Part shown: piece after piece, positions 1 through 14,800 of the stretch | Layout of the letters: each line of letters begins with the position of its first letter | Position numbering within the stretch: position 1 is the stretch's first letter | Source of the DNA: Tubiluchus corallicola | Lineage: Eukaryota; Animalia; Priapulida | Direction of reading: 5' to 3' | DNA length: 64,000 nt | Assembly (NCBI GenBank): GCA_030141605.1 | Contig: JAQGDQ010000087.1 | Location: 186,001-250,000 of the forward strand | Position numbers and translations under genes: made by a program | Notes under the pieces: generated by a model | The model's input: only the letters and a program-made list of their open reading frames with translations | Databases searched by the model: none | Told to the model about the DNA's origin: nothing

Positions 1-71
1 ACCGTTAAAATGGTGGCGCCTTGCGGTCATCTCTGGAGTTAAGTAGAAGTTTTATACTGCATTGCAGCTAA

Positions 72-507
72 TGCTATCTCTGTATACAGTAAGACAGCAT
101 ATAAATCATTCATGCGATCATACATATGTTGCTATCTCTGTATACAATAAGTAAGACAGCATATAAATCATTCATACGATCATATGTTGCTATCTCTGTA
201 TACAATAAATAAGACAGCATATAAATCATTCATACGATCGTACATATGTTGCTATCTCTGTATACAATAAGACAGCATATAAATCATTCATACGATCGTA
301 CATATGTTGCTATCTCTGTATACAATAAGACAGCATATAAATCATTCATACGATCATACATATGTTGCTATCTCTGTATACAATAAGGTACATATGTTTC
401 TATCTCTGTATACAATAAGACAGCATATAAATCATTCATACGATCGTACATATGTTGCTATCTCTGTATACAATAAGACAGCATATAAATCATTCATACG
501 ATCATAC
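72..507. repeat. Minisatellite, ~58-bp unit, about 7-8 copies with small indels
   Basis: Unit TATGTTGCTATCTCTGTATACAATAAGACAGCATATAAATCATTCATACGATCGTACA repeats head-to-tail, with one truncated copy near 365-395. Confidence 0.95.
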
Positions 508-2158
508 TTCATACATATGATGCGTACATAATCAAAAACTCAAGAAGAGTTTTTTTTAAAGTTTTATTTTTGAACTATTTTCTTGTGCTTTGTGTTACAC
601 AAAAATACCTTGCGCTTGAGGATTTTATCTTGTGCGCTCATCATACTTCTAATTGAGAATTGATGCAGGGCGCGGAGTGCTATGTGTTGTTACATCTGCG
701 TGATGTTGCCTTTATTGATCTAATTTCAAATTTCTTTGGCGTTGATTGAGCAAAGATTAAATGTGTATTGATGTAGCAAGTCCCTGAGCTGAAACCGGGA
801 AAAGGTGAAGGAAGCCCTGTTGTTGTAAAAGTAGTAAGTGACCATTGGTTGTTAGTTAAGGGCGAGTTATGCCACATGTCAATGTCAAAAGAAGTTTACG
901 TCTGTTTTGTACTTTCTCGTTAAAGGATAGCTGCTGCATAGGCAATTGTTGAGACCAGAGGCCTTTTCCGACTGCTTTGTGTTGAAATAAATTTTCAACG
1001 TTTCTCGTGCAAATTAGATAATGTGGCTTATACCGTGTGTCAATGTACGATTTAATTCACAGAATAATAAGGTTTTTGTTTATATAATTTGTTGTTAGGT
1101 GGCATTTTACGTATTGTCTCTGATTTTCATTAATCAGTTCAAACCAACTGCAAACATGTTATAATTTTGAAACACGCTATTCAAACATTAAGATCACATT
1201 TACCAGTGCTCACAGAAAGTTGATTTACAAGCGTTTGGCATATATAAAACGAATTTATTGCCTATGCTTCGGGAATTAGTTTAAATTTTCATTAAAATTG
1301 ATGGTGTATCGGTGGAAAGTGCGTGTTTTCTTCTGGCCGCAGATTTGTGTCAACATTTCGTATGATTGATGCTCCTTCAAAATGCAATTTATGATAGGCT
1401 GAGGATTGTTTGTGTGCCTAGTAAAACGTTGTGTACATAAAGGCAAGCAGTAATTGCATTAAATTAGCATTAGGGATTTGTTTGTTGGGCTAGACTGATC
1501 GCGCGTGTTACTGCAATGATTTCCACGAGCATCTTAAAACTAATGAAATGGCTTGACTTTTGATTAGGCAGGCGGTTTACCGCTGCTGTGAAGCAAAAGA
1601 TACGAATTTTATGAACGAATCTTAAAACATAAACCTCGAATTTCGAACGCATATGCACTGTAATTATGCACTCGCTTTAGGGTTTAGCTTGAGACCTAAA
1701 TTTAAAGGCCCAAATAATTAGAATAAGGCCGCACACAATAATTTAAGTCATTGTATACATATGTCAATAGACTGCATATCATTGTGATTATCATATCAGC
1801 CTTTACTTTAGCTTTTGTTTTTCATCAGCAAGTCAAATTCGCCAAGATTTGATGTAACTGGAGATTTGTTTAACTTCCTCTTCCGCTAATAAACTTTTAA
1901 AACACTTTATGATTTCACGGGTTTCACTTTCATTTTGCATGAAAGCTTTTCTTGTTCTGTTTGGGCAGTCGTATTATGTTTACCTTTGCATATAAAGTCG
2001 CATTTATGTTTTCACGTCCTCGCGGGAATCTGTATAAACGCGTTTTGAAGAAAGTGTTGACCGGTTTTCAATTCCATAAACGTAAAGTTGAACGTTGAAA
2101 TATGGAGTAAAACTAGTTTAACTAAGAAAATATATTTTCTGTGCTGCAAGCGTTAAAA

Positions 2159-2639
2159 CAGGGATGTGCAAATTGCGGCCGCCCACAGAATTTGTGCGGC
2201 CCGCGAAGAGATTTGTCAACCTAATGAAAGTGCGGCCCGGGCGATTAATTGAGTGTATCCAGCTGAAGTCCGTGTCACGATCCCAAATATAGTGCGGGTA
2301 GTTTTTTCTACTAGATCGGATGCCATTAACCCTTACAAGACGGTTGTCACTTAATGTCACTGTACTACACAGACTGTGTGATACACATTATTAATATGCA
2401 TTGTAATGAAATTACCACTATCTGTCCTGAAAGTAGAAATATATGGTTTGTAATATAAATTTTAATAACTTCTAAAATAGTTTCTTGAGTGTAGTAGTAA
2501 TGATGTACGCAGGTCGGATGCAAAAAAATCGTTATTAGGCCTTTCTGCACTTGGCTCCTTAATCAAACTGCCTGTGGCCCACAGGAATTGCGGGAAAGTT
2601 TAATGTGGCCCGGCTAGTCAGATAATTTGCACACCCCTG
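2159..2639. mobile_element. Non-autonomous hAT (Charlie-like) DNA transposon / MITE
   Basis: Terminal inverted repeats CAGGGATGTGCAAATT ... AATTTGCACACCCCTG; several subterminal (T/C)GGCCC motifs. The 8-bp flanks are only partly similar (cgttaaaa / atttaaag). Confidence 0.75.
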
Positions 2640-2719
2640 ATTTAAAGCATTAATAAAAGTTAAAAAATAAAAGCTGCTTTGACTTGATGTGTATGCATGT
2701 TTTCAGGATCTATATATAT

Positions 2720-3125
2720 ATATATATGTAATCTTTATTTGCCATTAAAATACATTGATAATCACTGATAAAAACTTTACAGAGATGATCAATCAGTGTT
2801 AGTTAATAAAAACTTACACTGCTAAATGCAAATGCGTCAGTGGAGTCTAAACTACTGTGCAGTAATGGAAAGTAACGACGAATAAAATCAAACATATTTA
2901 CAACTATGCACAGAAAATGAAAAAAACTATGATTTAATTAGAATGGCCGTGGATATATGAATTCTGAATTAGTGTGCATGTTGTCGTACTGGTGTGATGG
3001 TATTTCATATATGGTTAACATTAGTGATTTTAATTTTGTTTTAAATGCTGATAGGGACTTGATCTGACAAAATTTAAGACAGGTAAAATACATGTGATTT
3101 CTGTTGCTACCGACATGACACATGT
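2720..3125 (-). mobile_element. Degenerate LINE (CR1/L2 group) 3' end fragment
   Basis: Minus-strand peptide IKSLSAFKTKLKSLML resembles the typical ORF2 C-terminus of CR1-group LINEs. It is followed by a T-rich tail and AATAAA. Confidence 0.45.
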
Positions 3126-4015
3126 TAATTTACACACGTAAAAGCCCATGGTTTCACGTGTATGGACGGGCATATTTATTTTCGCGTGTCCCTTTGGAAT
3201 TTTCACAAATATCCATTTGAGTATAAAAATAGACGCCTATGCCTGTACATGAACGTATATTCACTTTAGGTTACATAATCACGTTTTCTGTTTACACTCA
3301 AAGCTGGCTTCGACCTTTTGCTCTCAAACATCAAATATTTGCAGAGGTAACGAGGTGAAATAATTGAGTGAATCATTCACTTGTTGCGTTCTTCTCGCTT
3401 TGTGTTCGTCTAATATACAATTTTTAATAAGAATAGTAATTACACAGCTACTGAATGAATTTTCAAGCTGAAGTGATATAAAAACGTGAAATGTTCAAGA
3501 CTATAGCTGCATCATTAAAAATAATTATTTTAAAAAGCTTGTCTAGATCACATTACCACAGAAGTTAAAAAACATCAACGGATCTTCATTATGAAAAGTG
3601 TAGTCACTTGTGTGCGTCCTTAAAAACAAAAATTTCCTAGTATTTATTTAAATTATTTTTGAATCTTTTTCTTTTTACGAAAAAGAAAGAAGGTATGTCT
3701 AGGTATGAACCAGTTGCTGAAAACGCGGCCTAAATAGCAACTACACAAGGAGCTATTTTATCTGTAGTAACTGAAAAACGCTCTTCAAACACTGCGCCTG
3801 CTTAACAGTAAATACTCTAAAACATTTGATTATACCACTGCTACGCACAGCCATTGTGTGCCTGACACATGTAGATGGTCAAATGCTATTTACTGAGTAA
3901 ATCCCACTAAAACGTTTATTATTCGAAGATTTCTCCTTGCTCTTACAACCGTTGCATGAAGCACTAATAAGTATTTGCACTTCCAGTAACAAAAGTCATG
4001 TATAAACACTACGTG

Positions 4016-4165
4016 GGACGTTCACGCTTGCTCAACAGTCCCGTGTACCGTCTCACGGTACATCGAGTTTCATTAACGGCCAGGCGATACATGGTACGGT
4101 ACATGGCGAGGGGTACAAGGCGAAGCCTCACAATATACTGGGACGTCGAGCAAGTTAGAACGTCC
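4016..4165. mobile_element. Short MITE-like element with ~26-bp imperfect inverted repeats
   Basis: Left end GGACGTTCACGCTTGCTCAACAGTCCC versus reverse complement of right end GGACGTTCTAACTTGCTCGACGTCCC. Confidence 0.6.
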
Positions 4166-5101
4166 AATTAGTACACATTTGTCATTCAAGAATTTTTGGA
4201 TAATATTTCCCAAGTTAGACTTAGGTGTTAAAACCTATAAAATTCTAGTTATTTTCAAGTCGAACCCGGTTGCTGAGACCTACTTCGGAGGTTAAAAAGA
4301 CAAAAAAATCAAGAGAATTCACTTGTTACTAAATTAGTGAATTGTTGAGTGTTATCAGAAATTTTTAAATAAAATTATAAACAAACTCTCTGAAAGAATC
4401 TTTCTATCGTATGTAACTGTGCATATGGCTTTATGCTGCAACTTTGTGTAGCGAACCTGTTTGTAAAAACGTTTTGCAAATTGCTACAAAGGTAAAAACA
4501 AATAAAAAGCTAGAATGTGTATTTGGCTTGTGCGGTGCTGCACTACACATGCATTGCACTGTACTGTACCGTCACTATATTATAAAATCTTGCACTGTGC
4601 TGCACTGTACACTATATTATACTTACGATGCTATTCTACGCTGTGCTAGTACTATGCTATAGTACAGATTACTCTGCTTAAATTATGAGTTCTATAATCG
4701 ACATTTACTTTCGATTATAGTCAATTTACATTAACTGTTGGAAGAATATTGGCCGAGTATACTAAGACAACAGACCCATTTTACGCTTATGGAGACACTA
4801 TAAGCCTGAAATCGGTTTTTTCCGCACGAAGCTTCCTGCGCAGTCTACTATAAAGGAAGCCCTCTTTTAGCGTCGGTGACACACTCATGTATAACGCATG
4901 AGTTTGGACAATGATAGGGGTTATCAGCGTGACACACGAATCAGGCAATTCCATTTCAGCCTCTTAAATCTGATCTGCGTGAAGACAAACAAATACAGGA
5001 TTTCTGGCAGATGGCCTGGATGCCCGGATTATCCTGTTAACGTGGAAATTTTAAGATTAACCAACACAAAAAGGGCCCATTTTTCACGGTAACAGTTAAT
5101 G

Positions 5102-5103
<2 letters not shown>

Positions 5104-5135
<32 letters not shown>
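5104..5135. repeat. (AT)n microsatellite
   Basis: Seen directly. Confidence 0.95.
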
Positions 5136-5138
<3 letters not shown>

Positions 5139-8100
5139 TGTGATTATTTGTTTACATATACTACTGATGTATTGTATATACATTACTGGAACTCTGCGCT
5201 GTATGAATTGAAAACTCAAGTGGGATGATTTGCAATCGTTAAGTTTAACTTGGTTATTTTACGTTGCAATTTTATTTTGACTATTGCACATGCGCGCCCG
5301 CACCCACACGTGGCATTGTCCAACGTTAGCACGTCCTCCAAAAAAAAACGTGCAAGAAAAATTGCTTGAAAGCATGTACTTTTTTCAAATTATTGCAAGC
5401 CTTTATATCGAAACTATAAGTTTGCTTTTGGAAGTGTAAGCGGACAGCAAGCCAAGCTTCTATCTCCTTTTTTGAAAAATCAGTTTTTACATCTAATACA
5501 TTTGCAGTAATTTTAGAATTAAAGTAATATCTATCAGTTTGACACAAAAACGACATAAATTAATGTATACATGGTTCCAAAATCGAAACGTGTGCATACT
5601 ACTTAACGCACTAGTAATGCAGTAAATTAGTGTAATTTAATAGTTACCCATTTAGTAGCTACACGACTTGCAGTGTAAATCTATACAATTTATGATAATG
5701 TAAAGAATATTCCTCTGTAAACTGTAGACATTTGTAGTAGCCAGTTGATTATAGTTTTTGCCCCAGATTCGCAGTTTCGTTAAAGGAAAGGGCAGACTTT
5801 CTGAGAAGTTAGGCTTATTTCAATGATCTCGAAAAATGTTAGAAGGATTTAGTAATAAAAATGTGATAAATGCCTCGTGTAATTAATAAAATTATTTCAA
5901 AGTCGCGATAATTTCACGCTTGGGCGCTTCTATTTTGAATTCCCATTCTTCCACCAATGATGTCACTCATCGACTGAGGAAGAGCAACGCACAATCAACA
6001 TAATGAGTTTTTACAAAGAATTAGATAGCTAATTTTGTGATATTTTTGCGTGTACTAAGTAAGCTGCGAGAAGTTTGAATTAGTTTAATTAAGCAGAATG
6101 TGCTTACGAAAAATGGTGAAGTATATTTTGTAAAATTTTTCAAAAGATTTGCTAAAACTTTTTTTGTGTATTGAATAGCCTACAGTCAGATGTAAGTTAC
6201 CGTTATTTATCTTGTTACTTTATTTATTTTGTAATTAACTTAATTTTATGTTTCTTTTAATGCTAGTTATGATTATATTTACTACCTTCTAACTATTTTA
6301 TTGTGTTAGACAATCGTAAATGCAGCCTGTTATATTGTATTTGCATGAGTAAATGTAATGTAATATAATATTATGTAAATATGTGATGAATATTGAGTGA
6401 TATGTATATATTTGTAAATAATTGAGGGCCTTCTTGGGGTGATAAGCATAAAATATTACTATAAATAAATAAGATAAATGAAGTCCACCAGTGACGTCAT
6501 AATTTTCAAGTGAATGGCAGCTACTAAAAATTTTATACAATGGTGATTTAAATTAACTTTAAGCTTTATAGGAAGGTTTTTTGCAAAATTCTTTCTTATA
6601 TTTTTCTAAGTTTAAGTGACACCAGTAAAATAAACTTAGTTTGCTAAGTGACTTGTCCTTTGCTTTAATAGTAGAAGAAGATAAGACTTCATCTTTACCG
6701 ACTTGTGTGTGGCAGTGTTTCATGCTAGTAGCCTAGTGTGTATTAATATTATGTAAATCTGTATGCTGATATGGGGAACAATGATTTACAAATTCATGAC
6801 TATTTAGCATCCATTTTACTCCTGCACTAGTTTTTCAAAGAAGCCAATTTATTGATGACTAACAACAGCTTATAGACAGCCTAAAGACAGCTTAAATTTT
6901 AGATGCTGTATCCTTTATGAAATACTACTTTAAAGCACATAAGCTAGCCATTGCTGCTTCCTCCTCCCCTGCGTATTATACAGCTTGCAGTTGCATGGTG
7001 TAATCACTTCCTATATAGTCGTGTAGTCTTCGCTGTTACATGCAATTGCACAACGAAATCATTTTCATTTTATGCAAACCACTAACTCTACTAATCGATT
7101 TTTAATGTCAGCTGTAATCCTCTTTGGAATTCTGTAGCTTATGGAACTTATTAATAATGTTTGTTTTGAATTTGATTGCCTAGATAAAATAATATGCCAG
7201 TGCGGAAGTGATCAAATTAAAAGCTAGTTGAGCGACACATTATTGAAAAGCCCTGTGGTCACGATCTGTGTTTAGCGACCGATTTTAAGCAATTCCTAGT
7301 CTAATCGGGCCTGTCAGGGAGTGGATCGGTGACCGCTGAATTTTATAATTCTCTCTGCGTGGAAGGTTTCATTTACCTTTCTGATTATGGCTGTTTACCT
7401 TCTTGGGTAAGGGTGAACACGCGCGTAAACATGTTCAACACACCTGTGCCAGTTCATTGTATCACCTTAGAGGATTACCCTTTATAATGAAGGAGATTCC
7501 GGTCCCGTCACAACCAGCCACATTAAGTATCCCCTGCTATTGGATTCCAACTTCGAGAGTGACGAATGGTATTAAAAGAGTGGGTCTTGGCTACCACTCG
7601 TGTTTAATGTAATTTACATGCGTAAATTGTTTCTGGTAAATTATGATCAATGATGTGCCAGTCTTCTACCACCAGTACGACTACTTTCTCAATTTTCGTA
7701 TCCTATTTCCGGTTAGCGCGTTTTAATAAACGTTTGCAAGCGTTCGCGTTTATTTGTCACTGGGAAACAATTTAAATGTTTCTCTCCACCATTTATTGTA
7801 GCCGAGTTTACTTCTGCACAATATTATTGGGGAATTTAATCATTCTGCTTGCATAATTTACGGCCTGCACTGAAGTTGACAATACCGCGCAGGTTTTACG
7901 AGGCAGTGAACTAACTTAACGTTCGTTGATACTGCTTCTAGTAATTTATACACCTTTTGGCAATTGCAGAATTTTGCCGATTTGAAATTTATTGCTCTTA
8001 TCATGCACAAGTTGGTATACCGTTAATTGCGTCTGTAAAAATTCTGTATTGCTAGAACTAAACCTACGCATTTTTGTAAATTTAGTGTTTGTTACATCAA

Positions 8101-8205
8101 GGAAAACTTCACTTTGTTAACTTTCGGCTTAAAGAATTTCGGATCAGTAAGCATATATAATATACCAATAAAAAAAACTGTGGTTAATACCATCTCAGTT
8201 TCGCC

Positions 8206-8483
<278 letters not shown>

Positions 8484-10049
8484 CGTTCTTTCTTAAATGT
8501 TGTCTCCCGTATGCCCTTTTGTCGCCACCTTCCCCACATATTCTTGCTTCTCTGCTTAAGTTTAAACTTACCGTCTTACATTAATAAACTCTTCGCGACG
8601 ATCATTCTCTACTTAATCGTATTCGAATGCCAATTTTTCCTGAAAAATTCCGACATCTGACATAGACTGAGTGAATTTCAATAGGACTCACAAAGCTTGT
8701 TACTGGCCCCCGACAGACCTAAGTCCATTTTAATGTAAATTTGCGTGCGTGTTCAGTATATGATGCATACATGTGTGTTGTTCGTTTGCGAAGGCTAGTA
8801 TATGTACAACGAATCGTCATAGCTGTGCATGATGTAATATCCTGTAATTTTATTAAAGCGCATTTTTAATTAGTCATGATGTCGCCGCACGCTGTCAAGA
8901 GGGTGATTTACGTACTAATATACCGCTATTGTATCTACTGCGTTTAAATAATTTATCACCTTCAGTTGAAATTTGAAAACAGTGTAAGATTATGCTAGCA
9001 ATGCGTCTTTATTTAAAATCGGCACGATCTTAGAAAAATAACATCCCAGTGACGGTCAGCCCTGTGCTATTCTTGCTAATCCGTCTGGCAACCTGGCGGT
9101 ACACTTGAGGTTTATAGCTACATAACATTATTCAGTTTTACGTTTTTACGTCTTTCTCACTTTTATGCATATAGCGAGACCGTTTGTTTGTGCGTTTTCA
9201 TTACGCCTAAATACCATAGTTTAGTGTACACAGTAAACTGTCCTTCAAAGTTTGCCAGATTTTGGAACCATCTCCGTCTGATTTCTGCATAAACAGCCAG
9301 GTTCTTAACTGCTTATTGTTAGCTTGATTAAATGCACATCGGGTATTCTTTTTTACCAATTTCTCCCATGGTGAAATTAGAAGCGAATATTCTATACCGT
9401 TGACTAAATGTTTTTGAACCCCCTTTCCTGGCAAAGCGTGGTCGATGGATCAGAAAATAAAGTGCAAAATATTGAACCTTTCGTCACATCGAACTGCCGA
9501 CATGTCAATAAAGGTTTTTTGTCGGTACAACTTTCTATAAACTTTGTTCTTAATTGAATACTGTGCTGGCCTTGCCACTGCTTGGGCGGTTTGTATCGTT
9601 CGACGACTAATTAATATTGCCACGTGTTTGCGTGATGAATATCATTATTCTCCCCCAAATTATGATGCCGTGGGTGAAATTGCTTGTAAGGTCTACATCG
9701 TACGTGCATGCAAATGTTGCATATATTTCTTCCGTACTAGCGTTATGTATTGCTTTTGGAGCAAGGTGACCATCACACAGAGTTATTGGGCAAACACCCA
9801 TTTTATAGAATTTTGATTAAATGCTGGGGAAATGCTATGTTTGGTGAAACCCAGGCTCTGCCTTAAACATCGAACGATTATTTGCAGTATGCATCCCCGG
9901 AATACACATTATTTACACTCAATGTATTATAAATGCTATTATTATTATTATTTTTTGATGATTTTTTTAATTTTTCACATTATACAACATAATGCATATT
10001 TTACATTATATCAAAAATTATAAAACTATTAAAAGTGGAAAAACGACTT

Positions 10050-10690
10050 CGAAGTCAAAACAGACTTGTATGTCTAATATTTCAATTGTTTATTAATTAC
10101 CATAATTTAAAGGCAATAAAAGCCAGTAAAAGCTGACATGCTGATTAAAAGAGTAAAATGTACAAAATGTAAATAGTAATTTAAAAAAAAAACATTATAA
10201 TTTACATCATAAAACACGAGTTGTAATTGTGCTATACAAATGCATCTACACTTGCACAGTAAAACAGGAACATTACGCCGAAGTTAAACGAAGTTAAATT
10301 CGTTTTTTTAAAACACATAGAGAATTTTGCTTTTGTTACTTGATTGGGAATACTGTTCCACAGTACAACACCTTGATATTTAACAGTGTTTCATGACATT
10401 AGTTTTAAATTTATGAATGAGAAATTTAGTATGTTGTCTAGTGATTTATGTATGTACGTCATTACTAAAAACAAACGCAGATTCGAATACATTAGGTGAC
10501 AAATTATTAACGTACGTATACAAAAAAACTATTTTTCAGGGCAACAACGTCATGCAGTTTCAATATTTTTAAATCTTCAAATAATTTACTAGTGTGAGCT
10601 CTACAAGTAGAGAACGTAATTATTTTAATGAGCTTTTTCTGTATTTTTACTAATCTGTCTAATGAATCCTTTCATGTGCATTTACTTACA
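10050..10690 (-). mobile_element. Degenerate LINE (CR1/Crack group) 3' fragment
   Basis: Minus-strand translation gives TVKYQGVVLWNSIPNQVTKAKFSMCFKK, the G-x-x-LWN-x-(I/L)P motif of CR1-group ORF2 C-termini, followed by AATAAA. Confidence 0.65.
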
Positions 10691-11284
10691 CGTCTGATGG
10701 AAGTTACAATTTTATTGAATTCGTACGTTCGCACGGGCAGAACTTTTTGGCGTAAAGTTTCACTACAGTTCACCACATACTTGAAACATTATGCTTTCTT
10801 GTGAATGACGATGCCTGACAACTGCAAAACGTTTTTTGCAGCTGATTGAAAAAGTCCATGTGAATGTAGATAATGCTGTTTTATACGGCTTTCTGTCCAC
10901 TAATGCTGAGTACGTTAAAATGTGAAAGTCAGCAGTTAAAATATCCGATTGATTGAAATGCTGAGGATAGACGTCTCTCAACCTGACAGTAACGCCTGCA
11001 TGGCACAATGACATCTAATCGCGACAAGGCGTCTAATCTCTAATCCTCGCCTAATACTCGCACGTCTAAAGTCTTCATTAACCAAAGTGATGCTCTAATC
11101 CGAGGAACAGTGTTGTTTGTAATAAGATTCTCCGCACGCAAATTACGGGCAGATTTCGTTGCTCTGCCTTCTTCTGTTGGATACGAGTACTTCGAAATGC
11201 ATACCAAAGCGAGTGGGTGGGAAGAAGATAGGATTTTGTCACTGCAGTATCTAGCAGCGTGTCTGCGTGCATGGGTAGAGTTAA

Positions 11285-11809
11285 GGGATAAAAAAAGCAA
11301 TTTCAAAGTATGTCCCAAAAAACTTTCTATACAAGTTATATTACTTAGCATTACACTTACCTGCTTCAAAGACTTATGTAATTAACAAACAAAGTGCTGA
11401 ACAATTTAAAATGTTCTTGCAAACGGCTAAACTATCACTGACTCGCCTTCCCAGTGTGCACCACTGAGTCACCAGAAAACATATTTTTAATCTTATTGGT
11501 AAGATACAATAATTTATACTTTTGCTTAGCTAGTATGGTGTGCCACGAAAACTCTGATTAATTTTTCAAACTTTCGGCAATGCTTTATCTAAACTGGTAA
11601 ACTTGTTTCAAACGACTTACCTGGTATTGTTAAAATAGCTACTTCTATAACGGCCATCACGGGAGTTTAAGTTTTCAAGCTTTCTCCAGTTTTGCTGCTA
11701 ATGCAAGCTCTGTGTGCAATAAGGTAGTATGTAGGTGTACAAAATTTCAAGAGTAATTTTTTAACTTTATGTGAGTAAACGGGTTTTCTTTAAAGACTTA
11801 TGTTGTGCT
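11285..11809 (+). mobile_element. Interspersed repeat copy 1, TTAA-flanked (Kolobok-like non-autonomous DNA element)
   Basis: Aligns end to end with 17890-18350 (shared GCAATTT..AAGTATGTCCCAA.AAACTTTC, CACCACTGA.TCACCA, TTTTTCAAACTTT, TGTGCTTTAA). TTAA at both ends. Confidence 0.7.
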
Positions 11810-14800
11810 TTAACATTAGTCGCAGAATAGCAGTATAACAGATTACAAGTTAAGTTCTGATTTTCGCATCAGTATCAACCGTATCGTCTAACCTTAGGAC
11901 CAATAAGAGCTAGTAACAACAAGGGTAGCAACATCTCCACCACCAGGAAGAATAAAATTAATGCCGCTGCCAGGGCTGGTCACTGTATCTGGTGCTGTTG
12001 GTTTTGAGATTTTCGTGGCGATAGTAACTGTGGGGACTAGGAATAGTTGTGGTTGCACTGGTCATAAGTGCACTTGTTAGATCAACAAATATATCAGCCG
12101 ACACATTTCCAGCAAATTCATTGCCACTGTCAGTCTATCAACAACAATAATACCAACCTCTTCTATAAAATCAATAGAAAAAGCACTAATCTTGAAGAAA
12201 TTAAACAACTAATGGCTCGATTTTGCGGCATTTACTAATAATTATTGTGTGAAATACTGACTCCCTCTTGACCAGGCAGCTAGCTGTAATTGTTTTCATG
12301 CAACAGCCGTTGCCGTCAGCACAATAATACAGCGTTGATTTCAATTTGCAAACACAACTCGAAGAAAATTCGATTAGCTCTCCGGCTTTTGTTTGAAATT
12401 TTGCACCGAGGCTTGCTTAAGTATCCGGGTAAAAGTCAAGTGGACACTAGGCTTCACTGCCGCCTAAAAGAGCTATTGGCGACCAGAATGGTTTCATTAC
12501 AAATGGACTGATGCTTATATAGGATTGTAAGAGGTGGAACAATGCACAAGCCATTAAGTTAATTTGCAGACGTTTTTGTTGTGAAACTGCATCGTTCAAA
12601 CAGCAACAACTTAATTTGTTGTTACTCAGATTTCTGATTCATTTAAATAAATTTACTTTTCCTCCAATTGTTATAAGAGTTATCAATTTCTACAATTTTA
12701 ATAGATTCACCTGTGAAATAAAATTGAAAGGCAAAGGCTTTGATGTTTGATAAGCACAACTTGCATAATCACTTCTTGTGTCCATGTGCATAAGTTACCT
12801 GGCCCTATGTTCTCCTTTATTTAGCAGCAGCATAAATAGCACAAAATACATTTGTCAATACTACATCTGCATGAAGACCTCATTTGTACAACTTAGTTCG
12901 CTCACCTGTTTCTCAGGCACCTTATTCACGAAGCCACCAGCAGTATAGGGCGAGCAAATTAAATAAAGTATGGCTGTTTATTCAAGGCCTCTGCAAATAC
13001 TCGAATACAAATCAAACACCGCTTGGCATTGAGTTGCACAGTTCCCAAGCACGGGCGTCTATTTGCAGTGTGAGAGGCGCATTGTAACCTACACTGTACG
13101 CCCTGTGTCTGCATTGGTGAAACTGATACAAGCAGTTATGAATATTCCCTTTCTTTTTTGAGCAGACAAATAGTGGTCGTCTAGTTTTATTAGGACTGTC
13201 ACTCGGTCGACAAATAGCAGAATATGACTTTAGCCAGTATGCATTGAAAAGCTCTTCGGATTGCTCACATGTAGTAGCCGTCAGATCAGAAGAAAATCTT
13301 CATGAGCATTGTGAATGTCATACAATTCTATTTATTGTTTTACATTCTTTAATTAAACGCTTATAGTATTTGCAGATCCAAAAGGCAGCATCTGAGATAT
13401 GTACGGTAAAAACTGATAATAGCCAAACCAAATGACTTATAATTTATTTGGTGTACACTGCGCACAGTACAAGTGCTGACCATTATACTGTAATACTCAA
13501 CAAACTTCAATTAATTTACTGTTAATTATTAAATACATACTATTAGTAATACCGCTGTGGTAATAATTTCTGACACCTTCATTTCAGTCTGTTTTGCTAA
13601 AAAAATGAGCTTTGTATTAACCTCAAAAGCTAGTTCTAAGCCGATTTTGAATTTCTTTTCTCGTTGTTCACCTGTTGATTTTAGGATTTAAGAAATGGCG
13701 CGTCAAATGCTAGATTGCACAAATAAAATGCAGCAGCTAAGAATTACTATTGAAAAGCCTGCCACGAAGCCCTGAATATCATGAAATACAATGGTATATC
13801 CGCCGTGTAAATACGACAGCACTGTGGTTTCAGTTTCACTATGGTTCTTGGCGGCACGGTCTTTGACAGTCGTAATTTTAGTGTAATCTGTTACCGGATC
13901 GAATCAGCGCCTGGCTTTATGTGGCGTGAAGCCATGTAGTCGGCCTCATCAGTGTGGGGAAATCTGGCAGAAAAGGACGCTAATCCCGAGACTGACATTT
14001 GCTGTGATTGGCGCAAACATAGGACTTGTGAAAGTGGTCAAGGGGCAAAAGGTCCTGTTAAATTCATTCATTGGCAAGGAATGGGAAACGGATGCATTCT
14101 GGGATGTACCCTGATCAGTCATACTAGGAAAACTGCCTATGGATGGAGTTTGGACTTGAATTGGATAGCTATAGACCAGTTACGTGTAATCACTGAGAAG
14201 TAGAAACCATACGGTATTACTTTATTATGAAGTTAAACAAGGCAGTCGCAAATTAATGTAAAGAAATCACGTCTCTTAATACTGTGCCCTCTTTGAGTTG
14301 GAAACGGGTTAGCAGACCATACGTAATCCAGTTATACTGTTTTTATGTGGAACAAGATCAAGGGTATAGAAAATTTTATCGCTGACGGGAATTTACAAAT
14401 TAGCTCACTTCTTCTCATTCTTAGAAAAAATTGTCCAAAGACAACTTATTACAAATAAATGGATAGTGAGCATTTGATTATCTTTTTGTCCTAAGGCTAA
14501 GTTTGTAACATGCAGTCCTCCTTTTGCTTTTATGCTAATTTGCTTTCCTTTGTAATTCTAGAGCGCCTCGCTAGACTAGGCCAAAATGCCACTTAGCATA
14601 TCCAAGGCTCTGGATAAGGTCTAACACTAGAACCTGCTACTCAAACTTCAGTAAGACGTTAGGTTCCTTAATTGTTCGGGGAATAAAGATGTTTTATTTA
14701 TTTTTGGAGTATTGTGCAGTAGGATTTGATATACAATTTTAGTATTAATTTAATCTCAAATTTTATTTTACAAATGTTGCAGAAAAAATCTCGCATCATC

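Noticed and set aside
304-531. 75-aa repetitive ORF
   Set aside because: Translation of the 58-bp minisatellite.
13926-14203. Two overlapping ORFs in a GC-balanced patch
   Set aside because: No recognisable motif or usable splice sites; probably decayed repeat.
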